Numbered from the stretch's first letter, positions 18,375-28,743 are shown. The stretch is 64,000 nucleotides of DNA from Methanoregula sp. (GCA_035353675.1 DAOQAA010000003.1:781-64780); one strand, 5' to 3'. Notes: a model not told the origin generated them from the sequence alone. Numbers and translations are program-made.

Positions 18375-20633
18375 ATGGGGATATGCAAAATGCCGTTTAC
18401 TGAATGCACTCTCCGGCAGGCGGACACGAATTACGGTCAGAAAACCTTCCGGATTTTCCTGTTGCTCACAATGATTACCATACTTTGTATTGGTCCGGTT
18501 ATTGGGACTGATGACATTTCTGCGATAAAGGATACGGAATCGGGTATGTTTTCGTACGATTCCCAGGCGAACATAAAGACACCGGGCGTGTATATTCCGG
18601 TCCAGTCCGATGATGATACAGCCAGGTTTTTTTACTCCTCAAAAAACAGCGACATGCTCCTTTTGACCGGGGGAGATCTTGTTATTATGCCACGTTCGAC
18701 AGGAGGCTCTGTTGCAGAAGATGACATTATTTTTCTGAAATTTAAAGACCACGATCCACGCATAATCCCGCAGGGATTAGTGCAATATTCAGGAGACGTA
18801 AACTTTTTTATCGGCAATAATTCCTCGGAATGGAAGACTGATGTACCACTTTACAGATCAGTTGTGTATCCGTATATTTATCCCGGAATAAGTCTTGTTT
18901 ATTCGGACAAAAATGGCCTGTTGAAACGTGAATTTGTTATTGCTCCTGCGGCAGATCCTACAAAAATTTCCTATGTTTATGAGGGAAGCAGCTCTGTTTG
19001 GATCGATAAATCCGGGGCACTTGTTATTCAGACTATAAACAGCAGACAACTAACCGAAGCACGGCCTGTAGCATACCAGGAAATTAACGGCATCAAAATA
19101 AAAATTCCGGTAGCATTCCGGATTTCCGGGAATAATGAAATCAGTTTCACTCTCGGCAGGTATGATTGCCAGTATCCGGTAATTATTGATCCGGAAATTA
19201 TTACCTCCGGATTTCTCGGAGGAGAAGTTGAAGATGTCGGGACGGCGGTAACGCTTGATAAAAACGGGATCATCTATGTTGTCGGGTATACCCATTCATG
19301 GAATTTTCCTATCACCCAGAACCCCTTCAATTTTAATTATAGTGAAGTAGGCTATCATGACATTTTTATAACGGCGTATTCAAAAGACGGTCGTGATGTC
19401 TTATTCTCTACGATTCTCGGTGGGTCCCTGAACGATTATGCAAGATCTGTCATTGTTGATGATAATGGCACTATCTTTATTTCCGGAAGTACGGAGAGCG
19501 CAGACTTTCCCGTAAAGTCTGCTTACCAGCCCACAATCAAGGGAAAGTACGATGCATTTGTTGCTGCACTTAATCCTCAAGGAACCGGATTAATCTTTTC
19601 AACGTATCTTGGCGGCACTGATATCGATGATGCATTTGGCATGGCAATTGGCAGGACAGATCACCGGATTTACCTTACCGGGACGACGCTCTCTCCGGAT
19701 TTCCCGAGCGTGAACGCATACCAGCCGGAAAAATCCGGGCAATATGATATTTTTTTAATAATACTTGACGGCAATGCCAAGAGTATTATTTCCTCCACAT
19801 TTCTCGGGGGACGACAGGACGACTATGGCCGGGCAATTGCTCTTGACAAAGAGGGATGCATTTACATTGGAGGATACACGTATTCCTCAAAATCATCTGA
19901 TTTCCCGATAAAAAATGCACTTTTCAATACTCATCCCATGACCTATGATGCCTTTGTCAGCAAATTCAAGAATGACGGAAGCGATCTCATCTATTCCACG
20001 TATCTTGGCGGGACCCTGGGTGATCGGATAGCCGCAATTGCAATAAATGAGAAAAACCAGCTGTTTGTTACCGGCTACACATTTGCAGATGATTTCCCGG
20101 TTACCACAGGTGCGTTTCAGAAAAAATATGGCGGCAACCTGCTTGCGGACGCTTTCATAACCGGATTTGCACCGGATGGGCAGTCACTGGTGGCATCGAC
20201 ATATCTTGGAGGAGAATCTGATGATATGGCATACGGGATTACTATTAGTGAAGGTGGGGCAATTTTTGTGACCGGGGGTACAAGGTCTCAAAGTTTCCCG
20301 GTCAAAAATAGCTGGCAACAAAATCTATCAGGGTTAATGAACGCCTTTGTCACAGGAATCGATCCATATTGTAATCACCTGATCTTTTCTTCCTATATGG
20401 GTGGAAAAGGGACTGATCATGGAAACTCCATCACGCATGATAGTAAGAACGTACTTTATGTTACTGGTACAGCAGGTTCGGAAAACTTTCCGGTTATACA
20501 GGCACCCCAGAAAACATTTGGCGGGGATGATGATGCGTTCCTTACAATAATTTCCCCGAAGGTTATATCATACCGGTATCCGGTAGTGAATTTTCCGGTA
20601 ATTCCTTCATTAACAATCACAACGGTAAAATGA
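18375..20633 (+). CDS. Secreted SBBP (beta-propeller) repeat surface protein
   Basis: Hydrophobic signal segment; VNFFIGNNSSEW...YPGI...ADPxKI...PVIIDP N-terminal domain; repeated STYLGGxxxD...IYxTGxTxSxDFP units; start codon uncertain. Confidence 0.88.
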   Translation: MGICKMPFTECTLRQADTNYGQKTFRIFLLLTMITILCIGPVIGTDDISAIKDTESGMFSYDSQANIKTPGVYIPVQSDDDTARFFYSSKNSDMLLLTGGDLVIMPRSTGGSVAEDDIIFLKFKDHDPRIIPQGLVQYSGDVNFFIGNNSSEWKTDVPLYRSVVYPYIYPGISLVYSDKNGLLKREFVIAPAADPTKISYVYEGSSSVWIDKSGALVIQTINSRQLTEARPVAYQEINGIKIKIPVAFRISGNNEISFTLGRYDCQYPVIIDPEIITSGFLGGEVEDVGTAVTLDKNGIIYVVGYTHSWNFPITQNPFNFNYSEVGYHDIFITAYSKDGRDVLFSTILGGSLNDYARSVIVDDNGTIFISGSTESADFPVKSAYQPTIKGKYDAFVAALNPQGTGLIFSTYLGGTDIDDAFGMAIGRTDHRIYLTGTTLSPDFPSVNAYQPEKSGQYDIFLIILDGNAKSIISSTFLGGRQDDYGRAIALDKEGCIYIGGYTYSSKSSDFPIKNALFNTHPMTYDAFVSKFKNDGSDLIYSTYLGGTLGDRIAAIAINEKNQLFVTGYTFADDFPVTTGAFQKKYGGNLLADAFITGFAPDGQSLVASTYLGGESDDMAYGITISEGGAIFVTGGTRSQSFPVKNSWQQNLSGLMNAFVTGIDPYCNHLIFSSYMGGKGTDHGNSITHDSKNVLYVTGTAGSENFPVIQAPQKTFGGDDDAFLTIISPKVISYRYPVVNFPVIPSLTITTVK

Positions 20634-20775
20634 GACCATATTAAACGTGGAATTTTAAAACTGGTAAAGAATAATATAAAAATTTTATGGGTCGCTTTTA
20701 TATTAAACAAATTGTAATTTTTCCAGAATGAGCTTACATTAAGATCACTCCTGTTTTTTCAAATATATAAAACAG

Positions 20776-20809
20776 TATAATTGCATTGCACCGGTGCAGC
20801 GCAATTATA
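20776..20809. promoter_or_regulatory. 34-bp near-perfect palindrome overlapping a TATA-like element (candidate operator)
   Basis: TATAATTGC-AT-TGCACCGGTGCA-GC-GCAATTATA, running into TTATATATTT. Confidence 0.6.
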
Positions 20810-21098
20810 TATTTAAGACAGAATGATAATGCGCCGGTGGTTAACTATTCCATTCATCCATCAAAATAGTCCGAAATTAAGAGATGGGCTATGATGGAGC
20901 AAGGGAACAGACAGAAACTGAAAAAATCAACTAGCGGGAAAGGGTGCAGTTCCGGCAGGTTCCCGGAAAGTTGACTCGACGACAAAGAAATCATATGCTC
21001 ACAAGGTATGCCTGGTGCACAGCAACAGGTTCTGCTTCGTGGGAATGATGAAAAACAGTCCTTGCGCTAGCGCGAAATGAAATGAATGGTGAAAGAAT

Positions 21099-22076
21099 AT
21101 GAAGCACATCACGTATGGATTATTTATCCTGTTAATTGCGCTCATGGTTATTATTCCGGCGAGCGCAGTGAGTGTTGGAACTGGAGTGAATATCCAGTCG
21201 GGTGGTGGAAGCATCCCTGTTGTTACGGCAAAATGGGAACGGGACACCACTACTTCACTCGAAGATGGTGACCCGACCCATGCAGTCGCGGGAGCACAAT
21301 TCCTTCCGCCCTGTGCATATAATGGTAAGAAACCGCTCGAGTATTTCCTTGTTGCATCTGATGAAGAGGACAACGGAAATGTGAAACTTGCCTTTGCGGA
21401 TGTCTACCACCCTGACGGGACTTTCAAGTACCAGGTCAATTTCATAAAACAGTCCCAGTCCGTAGGAATTACTGAGTTCAAAGCAGCAGTAGCCGCAGGT
21501 CTTGTCAAGTTTAACACTGGCTACACCGCGGATTCCGTCCTTGAGGCACTCCAGAAAGGAACCGTAGCGGTCTGGAGAGGCGATGCAAACCTTGACTACT
21601 GCCAGATGGACGGGGACTATACCGTAATTGTTCAGGTGGGTGACACCAACGACAACTACTCCCCAGCGCTGACCAACACATTCCTCTATGTGCCGGTTGC
21701 CTGTGGTGAATTTGATTTCACTGACTTTAATTATGGAAGTGTCAGCATCGGTAAAACCACCTGGAGAGCCGGTGACACGATCTTTGGTACTGCCGATAAG
21801 CCAACAGTCCGCAACATCGGCAATACCAAGATCCAGATCAAGATAAACCAGTCTGACATGGGATTCGGACAGGATGTTGATAAGAACTGGATGGTTAACT
21901 TCGATGCTCGCCTTGGCAATACGGGTGCAGAACCTGTATACATGCCTTATGAACAGGTTACCTTACCGGACATCCTCGACAGGTCCCACACTGAAGAACT
22001 GGATTTCTCAATCCATGTCCTGAAAGGCCTGGGAACGCACTCCGGTGACATGACCCTGGGTGTCGAAAAGGCCTAA
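21099..22076 (+). CDS. Secreted beta-rich protein with no membrane anchor (candidate major surface subunit)
   Basis: Signal peptide ending ASA; GGTGA ribosome-binding site; paralogous to the next gene (SLEDGD..H...QFLPPC, EFDF...NY, GD.IFGT.DKP.VRN.GN, LDFSIHV..G.G.HSG). Confidence 0.85.
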   Translation: MKHITYGLFILLIALMVIIPASAVSVGTGVNIQSGGGSIPVVTAKWERDTTTSLEDGDPTHAVAGAQFLPPCAYNGKKPLEYFLVASDEEDNGNVKLAFADVYHPDGTFKYQVNFIKQSQSVGITEFKAAVAAGLVKFNTGYTADSVLEALQKGTVAVWRGDANLDYCQMDGDYTVIVQVGDTNDNYSPALTNTFLYVPVACGEFDFTDFNYGSVSIGKTTWRAGDTIFGTADKPTVRNIGNTKIQIKINQSDMGFGQDVDKNWMVNFDARLGNTGAEPVYMPYEQVTLPDILDRSHTEELDFSIHVLKGLGTHSGDMTLGVEKA

Positions 22077-22113
22077 ACCTAAATACCATTTTTTGGGGGA
22101 TGGGGGTGGCAGT

Positions 22114-23235
22114 ATGGACTCGGGGATATTAAAATCATGGATACCCTGTATCCTGATGGCTTTTCTTATCGTTCTAGTATCAGGTATATGTCCTGTAATG
22201 GCATCCAGTACTGTTACTGTAAATAATCCCGGGGGATCGGGAGACTCTGCATTCCACACCCTTGGGATATGGGAACAGGATAATTCACCGTCACTTGAAG
22301 ACGGGGACACTGGACATACACTTAGTGGATCCCAGTTCCTTCCACCCTGCAAATCCGGAGCAGACAAAGAAATCCGGATATTTGCGATTATCCCAAAACG
22401 AGGAGAGATCGATCCTGTATCGGTCACGGCAATTGTTGAAAATTCACAGGATTCATTTACCAGAAAAGTACAGTTGTCCCCATTGGATCAAAGAGATGGC
22501 ATTGCTGCAACAGAACAGGCGGCAAGAGCCGGGCTTATCACGTATTCTACAGCAAATTCTGTTGATGAAATTTTGTCTGAAATCAAAAACGACAATGCCG
22601 GTGTATGGAAAGGCGATTTTACAATTCCCCCCGACAAAAAAGCCGGGGATTACACGGTTACCGTGACAGACGGAAATCCAGAAAAATCCTCTGTTATTGT
22701 TAATTCGTTTATGTATATGCCGATAGCCTGCATTGAATTTGATTTCTCAGCCGTCAATTATGATGACATCCGTATTGGCCAGGAAAACCAGGTAACCGGA
22801 GATGACATATTCGGTACGGGTGACAAGCCCAGTGTAAGGAATACAGGAAATTGTCCGGCAAGAATCAGGATCGCCCAGAACGATATGGGTTTTGGCAAGA
22901 ATCAAAATGGTGCATGGAATATCCGGTACGGGATTCGTGTCGGAGAAACTATGGCGATTCGGACATATGAACCGGAACAGGAGGTGGTTGTTCCCGATAT
23001 GGTCATGCCAGGATCGGTAGAACCTTTGGACTTTTCGATTCATGTGAACGAAGGCAGCGGGGGTCATTCCGGGTCACTGAACCTCGCATTTGAGATGACT
23101 GAATGTGAAATGATCGAACCGGACATTACCGGGAATGTAAATACTGACAAAACCCTGCCGGTTCCTGAGTTCCCGCAGTTTGCTGATTTTATAAGTTTTT
23201 TCATAAAATCCGGTAATGAACCGTTATTTGCATAA
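22114..23235 (+). CDS. Secreted paralog of 21099..22076 with a C-terminal PVPEFP (PEF-CTERM-like) tail
   Basis: Signal peptide from ATG 22114; shares motifs with the upstream gene along its full length; ends LPVPEFPQFADFISFFIK. Confidence 0.82.
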   Translation: MDSGILKSWIPCILMAFLIVLVSGICPVMASSTVTVNNPGGSGDSAFHTLGIWEQDNSPSLEDGDTGHTLSGSQFLPPCKSGADKEIRIFAIIPKRGEIDPVSVTAIVENSQDSFTRKVQLSPLDQRDGIAATEQAARAGLITYSTANSVDEILSEIKNDNAGVWKGDFTIPPDKKAGDYTVTVTDGNPEKSSVIVNSFMYMPIACIEFDFSAVNYDDIRIGQENQVTGDDIFGTGDKPSVRNTGNCPARIRIAQNDMGFGKNQNGAWNIRYGIRVGETMAIRTYEPEQEVVVPDMVMPGSVEPLDFSIHVNEGSGGHSGSLNLAFEMTECEMIEPDITGNVNTDKTLPVPEFPQFADFISFFIKSGNEPLFA

Positions 23236-23418
23236 CGGAATTACAAAGGAAAATCTGATCAGCGAATGTTAAAAAAATTTAACGGGAAACCAATTGGTGA
23301 ATGCTTGTTAGTTTGACGTCAATAAATCGGTTTGACCATACCACGTTTCTTTGTATTAATTAATTAAAATAGGAATGTATTTATATCAATTATTTAAATT
23401 TATTCTTGAGTGATAACC

Positions 23419-24645
23419 ATGAAGAAAGGCTTCCGTATAAACGCAGTATTGGGCTTTTTCATCCTTCTCATTTTGTTGTTGATCCCATCTGCCAGTGCAT
23501 TTGGTGTTGGATTAGGTCCATCAGACATCCAAATCCCCAATGCTCTTCGCGGTACATCTGTTGAGCAGAGTGTTACCCTTTATAATCTTGGGGATATCCC
23601 GGCTGTCATCAATCTGACAGCAGAAGGAGACGGTGGAAACTGGCTTCGGTTTTACGAATCGAATACAAAAGGCAATCCGGTAACACAAGTCACATTGAAG
23701 GCGAGGGAAACCCGACCGATAATTATTCAGGTCAATCTCCCCCAGGATGCAGCCAATGGAGTATATACTCCCACAATCCATGCAAGACTCGAACCCCCGA
23801 AGGGAGACACCACTTCACTCACAGCAGTATCTGCAGTATTGGAGGCCACAACAAAACTTTCGATTACCGTTACCGGTGAACAGAAAGTGGCAGGGATTGT
23901 CGATTATATCATGGTCGATAACTCGGAAGCAAATTACCCGGTTCCGGTCAAGGTCCTCTTCCACAATACCGGTAATGTCGCAGCAAAGCCGGAAATCAGG
24001 GCAACTTTCTCAAAAAACAACGCAAACATTGATTCAGTAACATCTTCCGACACGGAAGTAAAAGCCGGGGACAGCCAGCTGATTACTTTGCGGTGGACAA
24101 AAGCCAATCTTGAATCGGGTAATTATTCGGCTGATGTAATCGTGAACCTGAACGGGATAAAAATATCGGGGGCTAAAAAAGAGTTTGAGATATACCCTGT
24201 AGGAACATTATCCCGGCAGGGAAACCTTACAGATCTTAAGTATACCGGAAATCCTGGCACGGATGCCATCTTAAAAATTATCGGAACGTTCCAGAATACC
24301 GGGACAATTGAGACCAAAGCAAAAATGATCGGTGAAGTATACCATGATAACTCACTTACAGATACTTTCACAACCGATGAGCTGAGCATTTCCATGAATG
24401 AAATGGGGGAACTCCCCTATTACCTGAAAATCCAGACGCCGGGAACTTACACCATCAAGGCATATGTCCTGTATGACGGGAAAAAGACTGAAACAAAAGA
24501 ACTGATGTTTTCCACAATTACCGGGGGCCTGGTGACTGCCAGAACAAGTGCAGGAGGTTCGGCACCGCTTAACCCGGGTATCACAATAATTTCAATTATT
24601 GGGTGTATCGCGCTGATTATCCTTTTCAGACGGCAGTCCCCATAA
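23419..24645 (+). CDS. Secreted multi-Ig-like protein with C-terminal TM anchor (DUF916/WxL-partner-like architecture)
   Basis: Signal peptide ending ASA; three beta-sandwich-like units (YNLG, HNTGNV, QNTGTI; G.Y motifs); tail SAPLNPGITIISIIGCIALIILFRR. Confidence 0.8.
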   Translation: MKKGFRINAVLGFFILLILLLIPSASAFGVGLGPSDIQIPNALRGTSVEQSVTLYNLGDIPAVINLTAEGDGGNWLRFYESNTKGNPVTQVTLKARETRPIIIQVNLPQDAANGVYTPTIHARLEPPKGDTTSLTAVSAVLEATTKLSITVTGEQKVAGIVDYIMVDNSEANYPVPVKVLFHNTGNVAAKPEIRATFSKNNANIDSVTSSDTEVKAGDSQLITLRWTKANLESGNYSADVIVNLNGIKISGAKKEFEIYPVGTLSRQGNLTDLKYTGNPGTDAILKIIGTFQNTGTIETKAKMIGEVYHDNSLTDTFTTDELSISMNEMGELPYYLKIQTPGTYTIKAYVLYDGKKTETKELMFSTITGGLVTARTSAGGSAPLNPGITIISIIGCIALIILFRRQSP

Positions 24646-24800
24646 TTTCTTTTTTGAAATTTTTACCCATTAATATCACACCATTAAAATCACATAACAA
24701 AATCTTTTTTCATTTTCACCCCCCGCGGCCATTCATTCAAATATCGTCCTGCCTCACGCCGTATAACACATTGCCGGACATATGGCGCGTGAGGATGTTC

Positions 24801-26651
24801 ATGGGTATTTCACTGACAGTCCCAAAACAACAAGACAACAAACAGCACCAGACAACGGTCAGCCTGCTGAGAAAATACTGGGGATATTCTGCATTCCTGC
24901 CGCACCAGGAAGCGATCATTGCATCGGTCACTGAAGGCAGGGACACACTTGCGATTATGGCAACCGGTGGCGGTAAGTCACTCTGTTACCAGCTCCCGGC
25001 CCTGTACCTTGGGGGTCTTACCGTTGTCATCTCGCCGCTCATCGCGCTCATGAAAGACCAGGTGGATGCACTCAATGCCCGGGGGATCCCGGCTGCTACC
25101 TATAACAGCACGCTCGATTACCGTGAACGTACCCGGATCGAAAAAGAAATGAAAACCGGCAACCTCCGGCTCCTGTTTGTCTCGCCGGAAAAATGTGTGC
25201 AGAGCAACTTTCTGGACTTACTCGCATCCTCTCCGGTCCGGCTTATCGCTATTGATGAGGCGCACTGTATCTCTGAATGGGGCCATAACTTCCGGCCGGA
25301 GTACCGGGAACTCGCACAATTCCGGAAATTGTTCCCGCACGTTCCCGTGATTGCCCTTACAGCGACAGCAACACCGGAAGTCCGCAAAGATATCTGCCGG
25401 CAGCTCGGTCTTGTGCAGGTTCAGGAATTTGTGGGCAGTTTTAACCGGAAGAACCTGACGTACCGGGTAGTCCCGAAAAAAAATCCTTTAGTCCAGCTTA
25501 CGGAATTTCTCCGCCGGCATAAAAACGAGGCCGGGATTATCTATTGCATGAGTAAAAAAGAGACCGAAGATATCGCTTATGAGCTCAGCAAAAAAGGCTT
25601 TCCAGCACTTGCTTACCATGCCGGACTCTCAAGACCCGTGAGGGATAGCGTCCAGGACGCATTTCTCAAAAACCAGACCCGGATCATCTGTGCAACCGTT
25701 GCCTTTGGCATGGGTATTGACAAGCCGGATGTCCGTTTTGTGATCCACTACGACCTCCCGAAAACCATTGAGTCATATTACCAGGAGACCGGACGGGCCG
25801 GACGGGACGGGCAGCCTGCTGAATGTATCCTTTTTTACAGCCGGGGAGATTATGCCCGGGTCCGGTCCATGCTCGAACATGACCAGGCAAGCGAGCGGTC
25901 TACCCGGATTGCCTTAAAAAAACTCCGGGAAATGCTAGATTATTGCGAAACAACCGGATGCCGGCGTGCTTTCCTGCTGTCTTACTTTGGCGAAACCCCG
26001 ACAACCGGAAACTGCGGGCAATGCGACAACTGCGATCACCCTTCTGTATCTGTAGATGGCACTAAACAGGCCCAACTGATTGCTGAATGCATACAACAGT
26101 TACCCTCGCATTTCGGAACTGAACTGATATCCGAGGTCCTGCGGGGTAAAAAAACTGCAAAAATTAAATCATATCATTTTGACCAACTGCCCGCATTTGC
26201 GACAGGAAAACAATATTCAAAAGAACAAATCAGGACATGGATTAATGACATGGTCCGTCAGGATTTCCTTATAAGAACCGGTGATAAATATCCCGTCATT
26301 TCCCTTGGTGTAAATGGCAGGAATCTGGTTTCCGGTAAATGTCAGGTCATGTTTTCAGTGCCGAAAGACAACGCACCGGCAATTCCGGAATCTGCAATTC
26401 CTATAGTACAAACTGAAAACGAAGTTCTTTTCCAGCGGCTAAAAGAGATAAGGAGTACAATTGCAAGGAAAAACTGCATACCGCCATATGTTGTTTTCCC
26501 GGACCGCTGCCTGAGGGAAATGGCCCGGACCCAACCGACCAGTCGTGCGCAATTTGCAACGATTTCCGGGGTCGGAACCATAAAACAGGAAAAATATGGT
26601 GAAGTCTTTCTCGAAACAATACGGTCTTATTGCAGCCAGCAGGCCGAATAA
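24801..26651 (+). CDS. recQ: ATP-dependent DNA helicase RecQ
   Basis: TGGGKSLCYQLP, DEAHCISEWGHNFRP, ATVAFGMGIDK, QETGRAGRDG; Zn/RQC and HRDC regions; start about 24795-24801. Confidence 0.97.
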   Translation: MGISLTVPKQQDNKQHQTTVSLLRKYWGYSAFLPHQEAIIASVTEGRDTLAIMATGGGKSLCYQLPALYLGGLTVVISPLIALMKDQVDALNARGIPAATYNSTLDYRERTRIEKEMKTGNLRLLFVSPEKCVQSNFLDLLASSPVRLIAIDEAHCISEWGHNFRPEYRELAQFRKLFPHVPVIALTATATPEVRKDICRQLGLVQVQEFVGSFNRKNLTYRVVPKKNPLVQLTEFLRRHKNEAGIIYCMSKKETEDIAYELSKKGFPALAYHAGLSRPVRDSVQDAFLKNQTRIICATVAFGMGIDKPDVRFVIHYDLPKTIESYYQETGRAGRDGQPAECILFYSRGDYARVRSMLEHDQASERSTRIALKKLREMLDYCETTGCRRAFLLSYFGETPTTGNCGQCDNCDHPSVSVDGTKQAQLIAECIQQLPSHFGTELISEVLRGKKTAKIKSYHFDQLPAFATGKQYSKEQIRTWINDMVRQDFLIRTGDKYPVISLGVNGRNLVSGKCQVMFSVPKDNAPAIPESAIPIVQTENEVLFQRLKEIRSTIARKNCIPPYVVFPDRCLREMARTQPTSRAQFATISGVGTIKQEKYGEVFLETIRSYCSQQAE

Positions 26652-26718
26652 TTTTCATGGATTGGATTACCCCATCCCCAGCGCTTAATTAGCCTGCACC
26701 CGGATATTCTTTTGATTT

Positions 26719-28275
26719 ATGATCGATACGGCAAGCCTTCCCGAAAACCCCGGCTGCTATCTCTACAAAAACGATGCAGGCACCATCATCTATGTCGGCA
26801 AGGCAAAAAACCTCAAAAAAAGAGTATCGAGTTATTTCACAAAAACCGATCATGACTCAAAGACACGAAGCCTTGTCGCCCATATCACGTCGGTGGATGT
26901 TGTCGTTACAGACACTGAGAGCGAAGCATTCCTTCTTGAAAATACCCTCATAAAAAAACACCAGCCAAAATATAACATTGATTTAAAAGATGCAAAACGG
27001 TACGCATGGATTGAACTGACACGCGAAGAGTATCCCCGGCTTGTGATCTCCCGCAGGGCATCAGGAGACGGTACGTTTTTCGGGCCGTTTGTATCGGCTG
27101 CGGAACGTGACTATGTCCTGAAAGTGGCAAAAAGAGCATTTCACCTGCGGACCTGCAAAAAAATCCCAAAACGTCCTTGTCTCCGGCGACACATGCAGTC
27201 CTGCTGCGCTCCCTGTACGGGTAATGTAAGTGTCGAAGAGTACGACAGGAACGTCAAAAAAGCCGCGCTGCTCCTTCGCGGGAAATCCCGTGAGCTGCTC
27301 GATACACTGCGCCTTGAAATGGTGGAGTCTTCGAAAAAAGAGGATTATGAACGGGCCCTTCTGCTGCGGAATGAGATTACGGCAATCGGACATCTTGCAG
27401 ATCGTCAGCATGTTGAGCGAAAGCGGGAATATGACCAGGACGTAATCGCGTACCAGGTAACTGAAGGCACAGTGTACCTTACCGTGTTTAATGTCGAACT
27501 GGGATCGCTTGCCAACAAGCAGGAATTCACGTTCGATGCAGGAAGCGAGGATTTCTTTGAAGAGTTCCTTGTCCAGTATTACTCGGAACGCGAACCCCCA
27601 AAAGAACTGATCATAAGCAATGAAACGGATCCGGCGCTTACGGAGTTTCTCTCGGTAAAAAAAGGAGAGTCGGTCAGCATTGTCGTCCCGCAGCGGGGAG
27701 AGAAACGGCAGCTGCTCGAACTGGCAAAAAAGAATCTTGAAATCGCATTTTTCCGGGATACGCTCAAGTGTGCCGAACTTGGCACTGCCCTCCATATGGA
27801 AAAATCACCTCAGGTCATTGAATGTTTCGATATCTCGCACCTCTCCGGTACAGCAATGGTCGGATCGATGGTACAGTTCCGTGACGGAAAACCGGACAAA
27901 AGCAATTACCGGAGGTTTAAGATCAGGACTGTTGAGGGAATTGACGATTTTGCCTCAATAGCAGAAGTCGTAAAACGGCGATACAAACGGTTAATCGATG
28001 AGCACCAGCCATTTCCCGATCTTGTGATCATTGATGGCGGTAAAGGGCAGCTCTCTGCCGCACACGAAACGCTCGCTGCTCTTGGTTCTAAAAACCAGCC
28101 GGTTATCGCAATTGCAAAAAAGGAAGAGGAGATCTATATGCCCGGTAAATCTCAGCCAGTCCGGCTTGACAGAAAAAGCATTTCGCTACGGTATATTGAG
28201 GAGATTCGCGATGAGGCACACCGGTTTGCAATTACCTATAACAGGCTGCTTCGGAAAAAGAAGATTGCATCCTGA
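26719..28275 (+). CDS. uvrC: Excinuclease ABC subunit C
   Basis: GIY-YIG domain PGCY...IYVGKAKNL, ECFDISH, IDGGKGQL and RDEAHRFA; no C-terminal HhH2 tail. Confidence 0.97.
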   Translation: MIDTASLPENPGCYLYKNDAGTIIYVGKAKNLKKRVSSYFTKTDHDSKTRSLVAHITSVDVVVTDTESEAFLLENTLIKKHQPKYNIDLKDAKRYAWIELTREEYPRLVISRRASGDGTFFGPFVSAAERDYVLKVAKRAFHLRTCKKIPKRPCLRRHMQSCCAPCTGNVSVEEYDRNVKKAALLLRGKSRELLDTLRLEMVESSKKEDYERALLLRNEITAIGHLADRQHVERKREYDQDVIAYQVTEGTVYLTVFNVELGSLANKQEFTFDAGSEDFFEEFLVQYYSEREPPKELIISNETDPALTEFLSVKKGESVSIVVPQRGEKRQLLELAKKNLEIAFFRDTLKCAELGTALHMEKSPQVIECFDISHLSGTAMVGSMVQFRDGKPDKSNYRRFKIRTVEGIDDFASIAEVVKRRYKRLIDEHQPFPDLVIIDGGKGQLSAAHETLAALGSKNQPVIAIAKKEEEIYMPGKSQPVRLDRKSISLRYIEEIRDEAHRFAITYNRLLRKKKIAS

Positions 28276-28371
28276 TCGTATCCGGCCCAGCATTCCTGAA
28301 ATGCACTGTTTTAGTCAAAAGTATTTATTCTAGTTAATATACTAATTGACATATAAACAGAGGAGGAATAC

Positions 28372-28740
28372 ATGCCAGACTTTTTCAATCCGTTTAGTGG
28401 CACAGTTCCGGATCGCAAACTGACAAATGAGGAACTCCTGCGGGCAATCAGGCTCGATATTGCAGGTGAACTCGAAGCGATTCACGGGTACCTTGCCCAT
28501 GCAGATGCAACTGATAACGCTCTTGCAAAGGCAGTACTCACCGATATTGCAAATGAAGAACGTGTCCATGCCGGAGAACTTATACGACTGCTCGCCATCC
28601 TCACCGATGAGGATGATTATCTTTTGAAGGGAAAACTTGAGGTAGACACTCTTGCAGCAGAACTTGCATCCCCGGCACCAGAAAAATCTGCCGCAAAAGA
28701 ATCCATGACTATTGGATCGCTTAAAAACAAGGAGGTATAG
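28372..28740 (+). CDS. Ferritin-like encapsulin cargo protein
   Basis: ELEAI..Y and EERVHAGE di-iron motifs; C-terminal targeting peptide MTIGSLK. Confidence 0.9.
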   Translation: MPDFFNPFSGTVPDRKLTNEELLRAIRLDIAGELEAIHGYLAHADATDNALAKAVLTDIANEERVHAGELIRLLAILTDEDDYLLKGKLEVDTLAAELASPAPEKSAAKESMTIGSLKNKEV

Positions 28741-28743
28741 TCT

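Noticed and set aside
24603-24794. N-terminal extension of recQ overlapping the upstream gene
   Set aside because: Contains T-rich terminator-like sequence and no RecQ similarity
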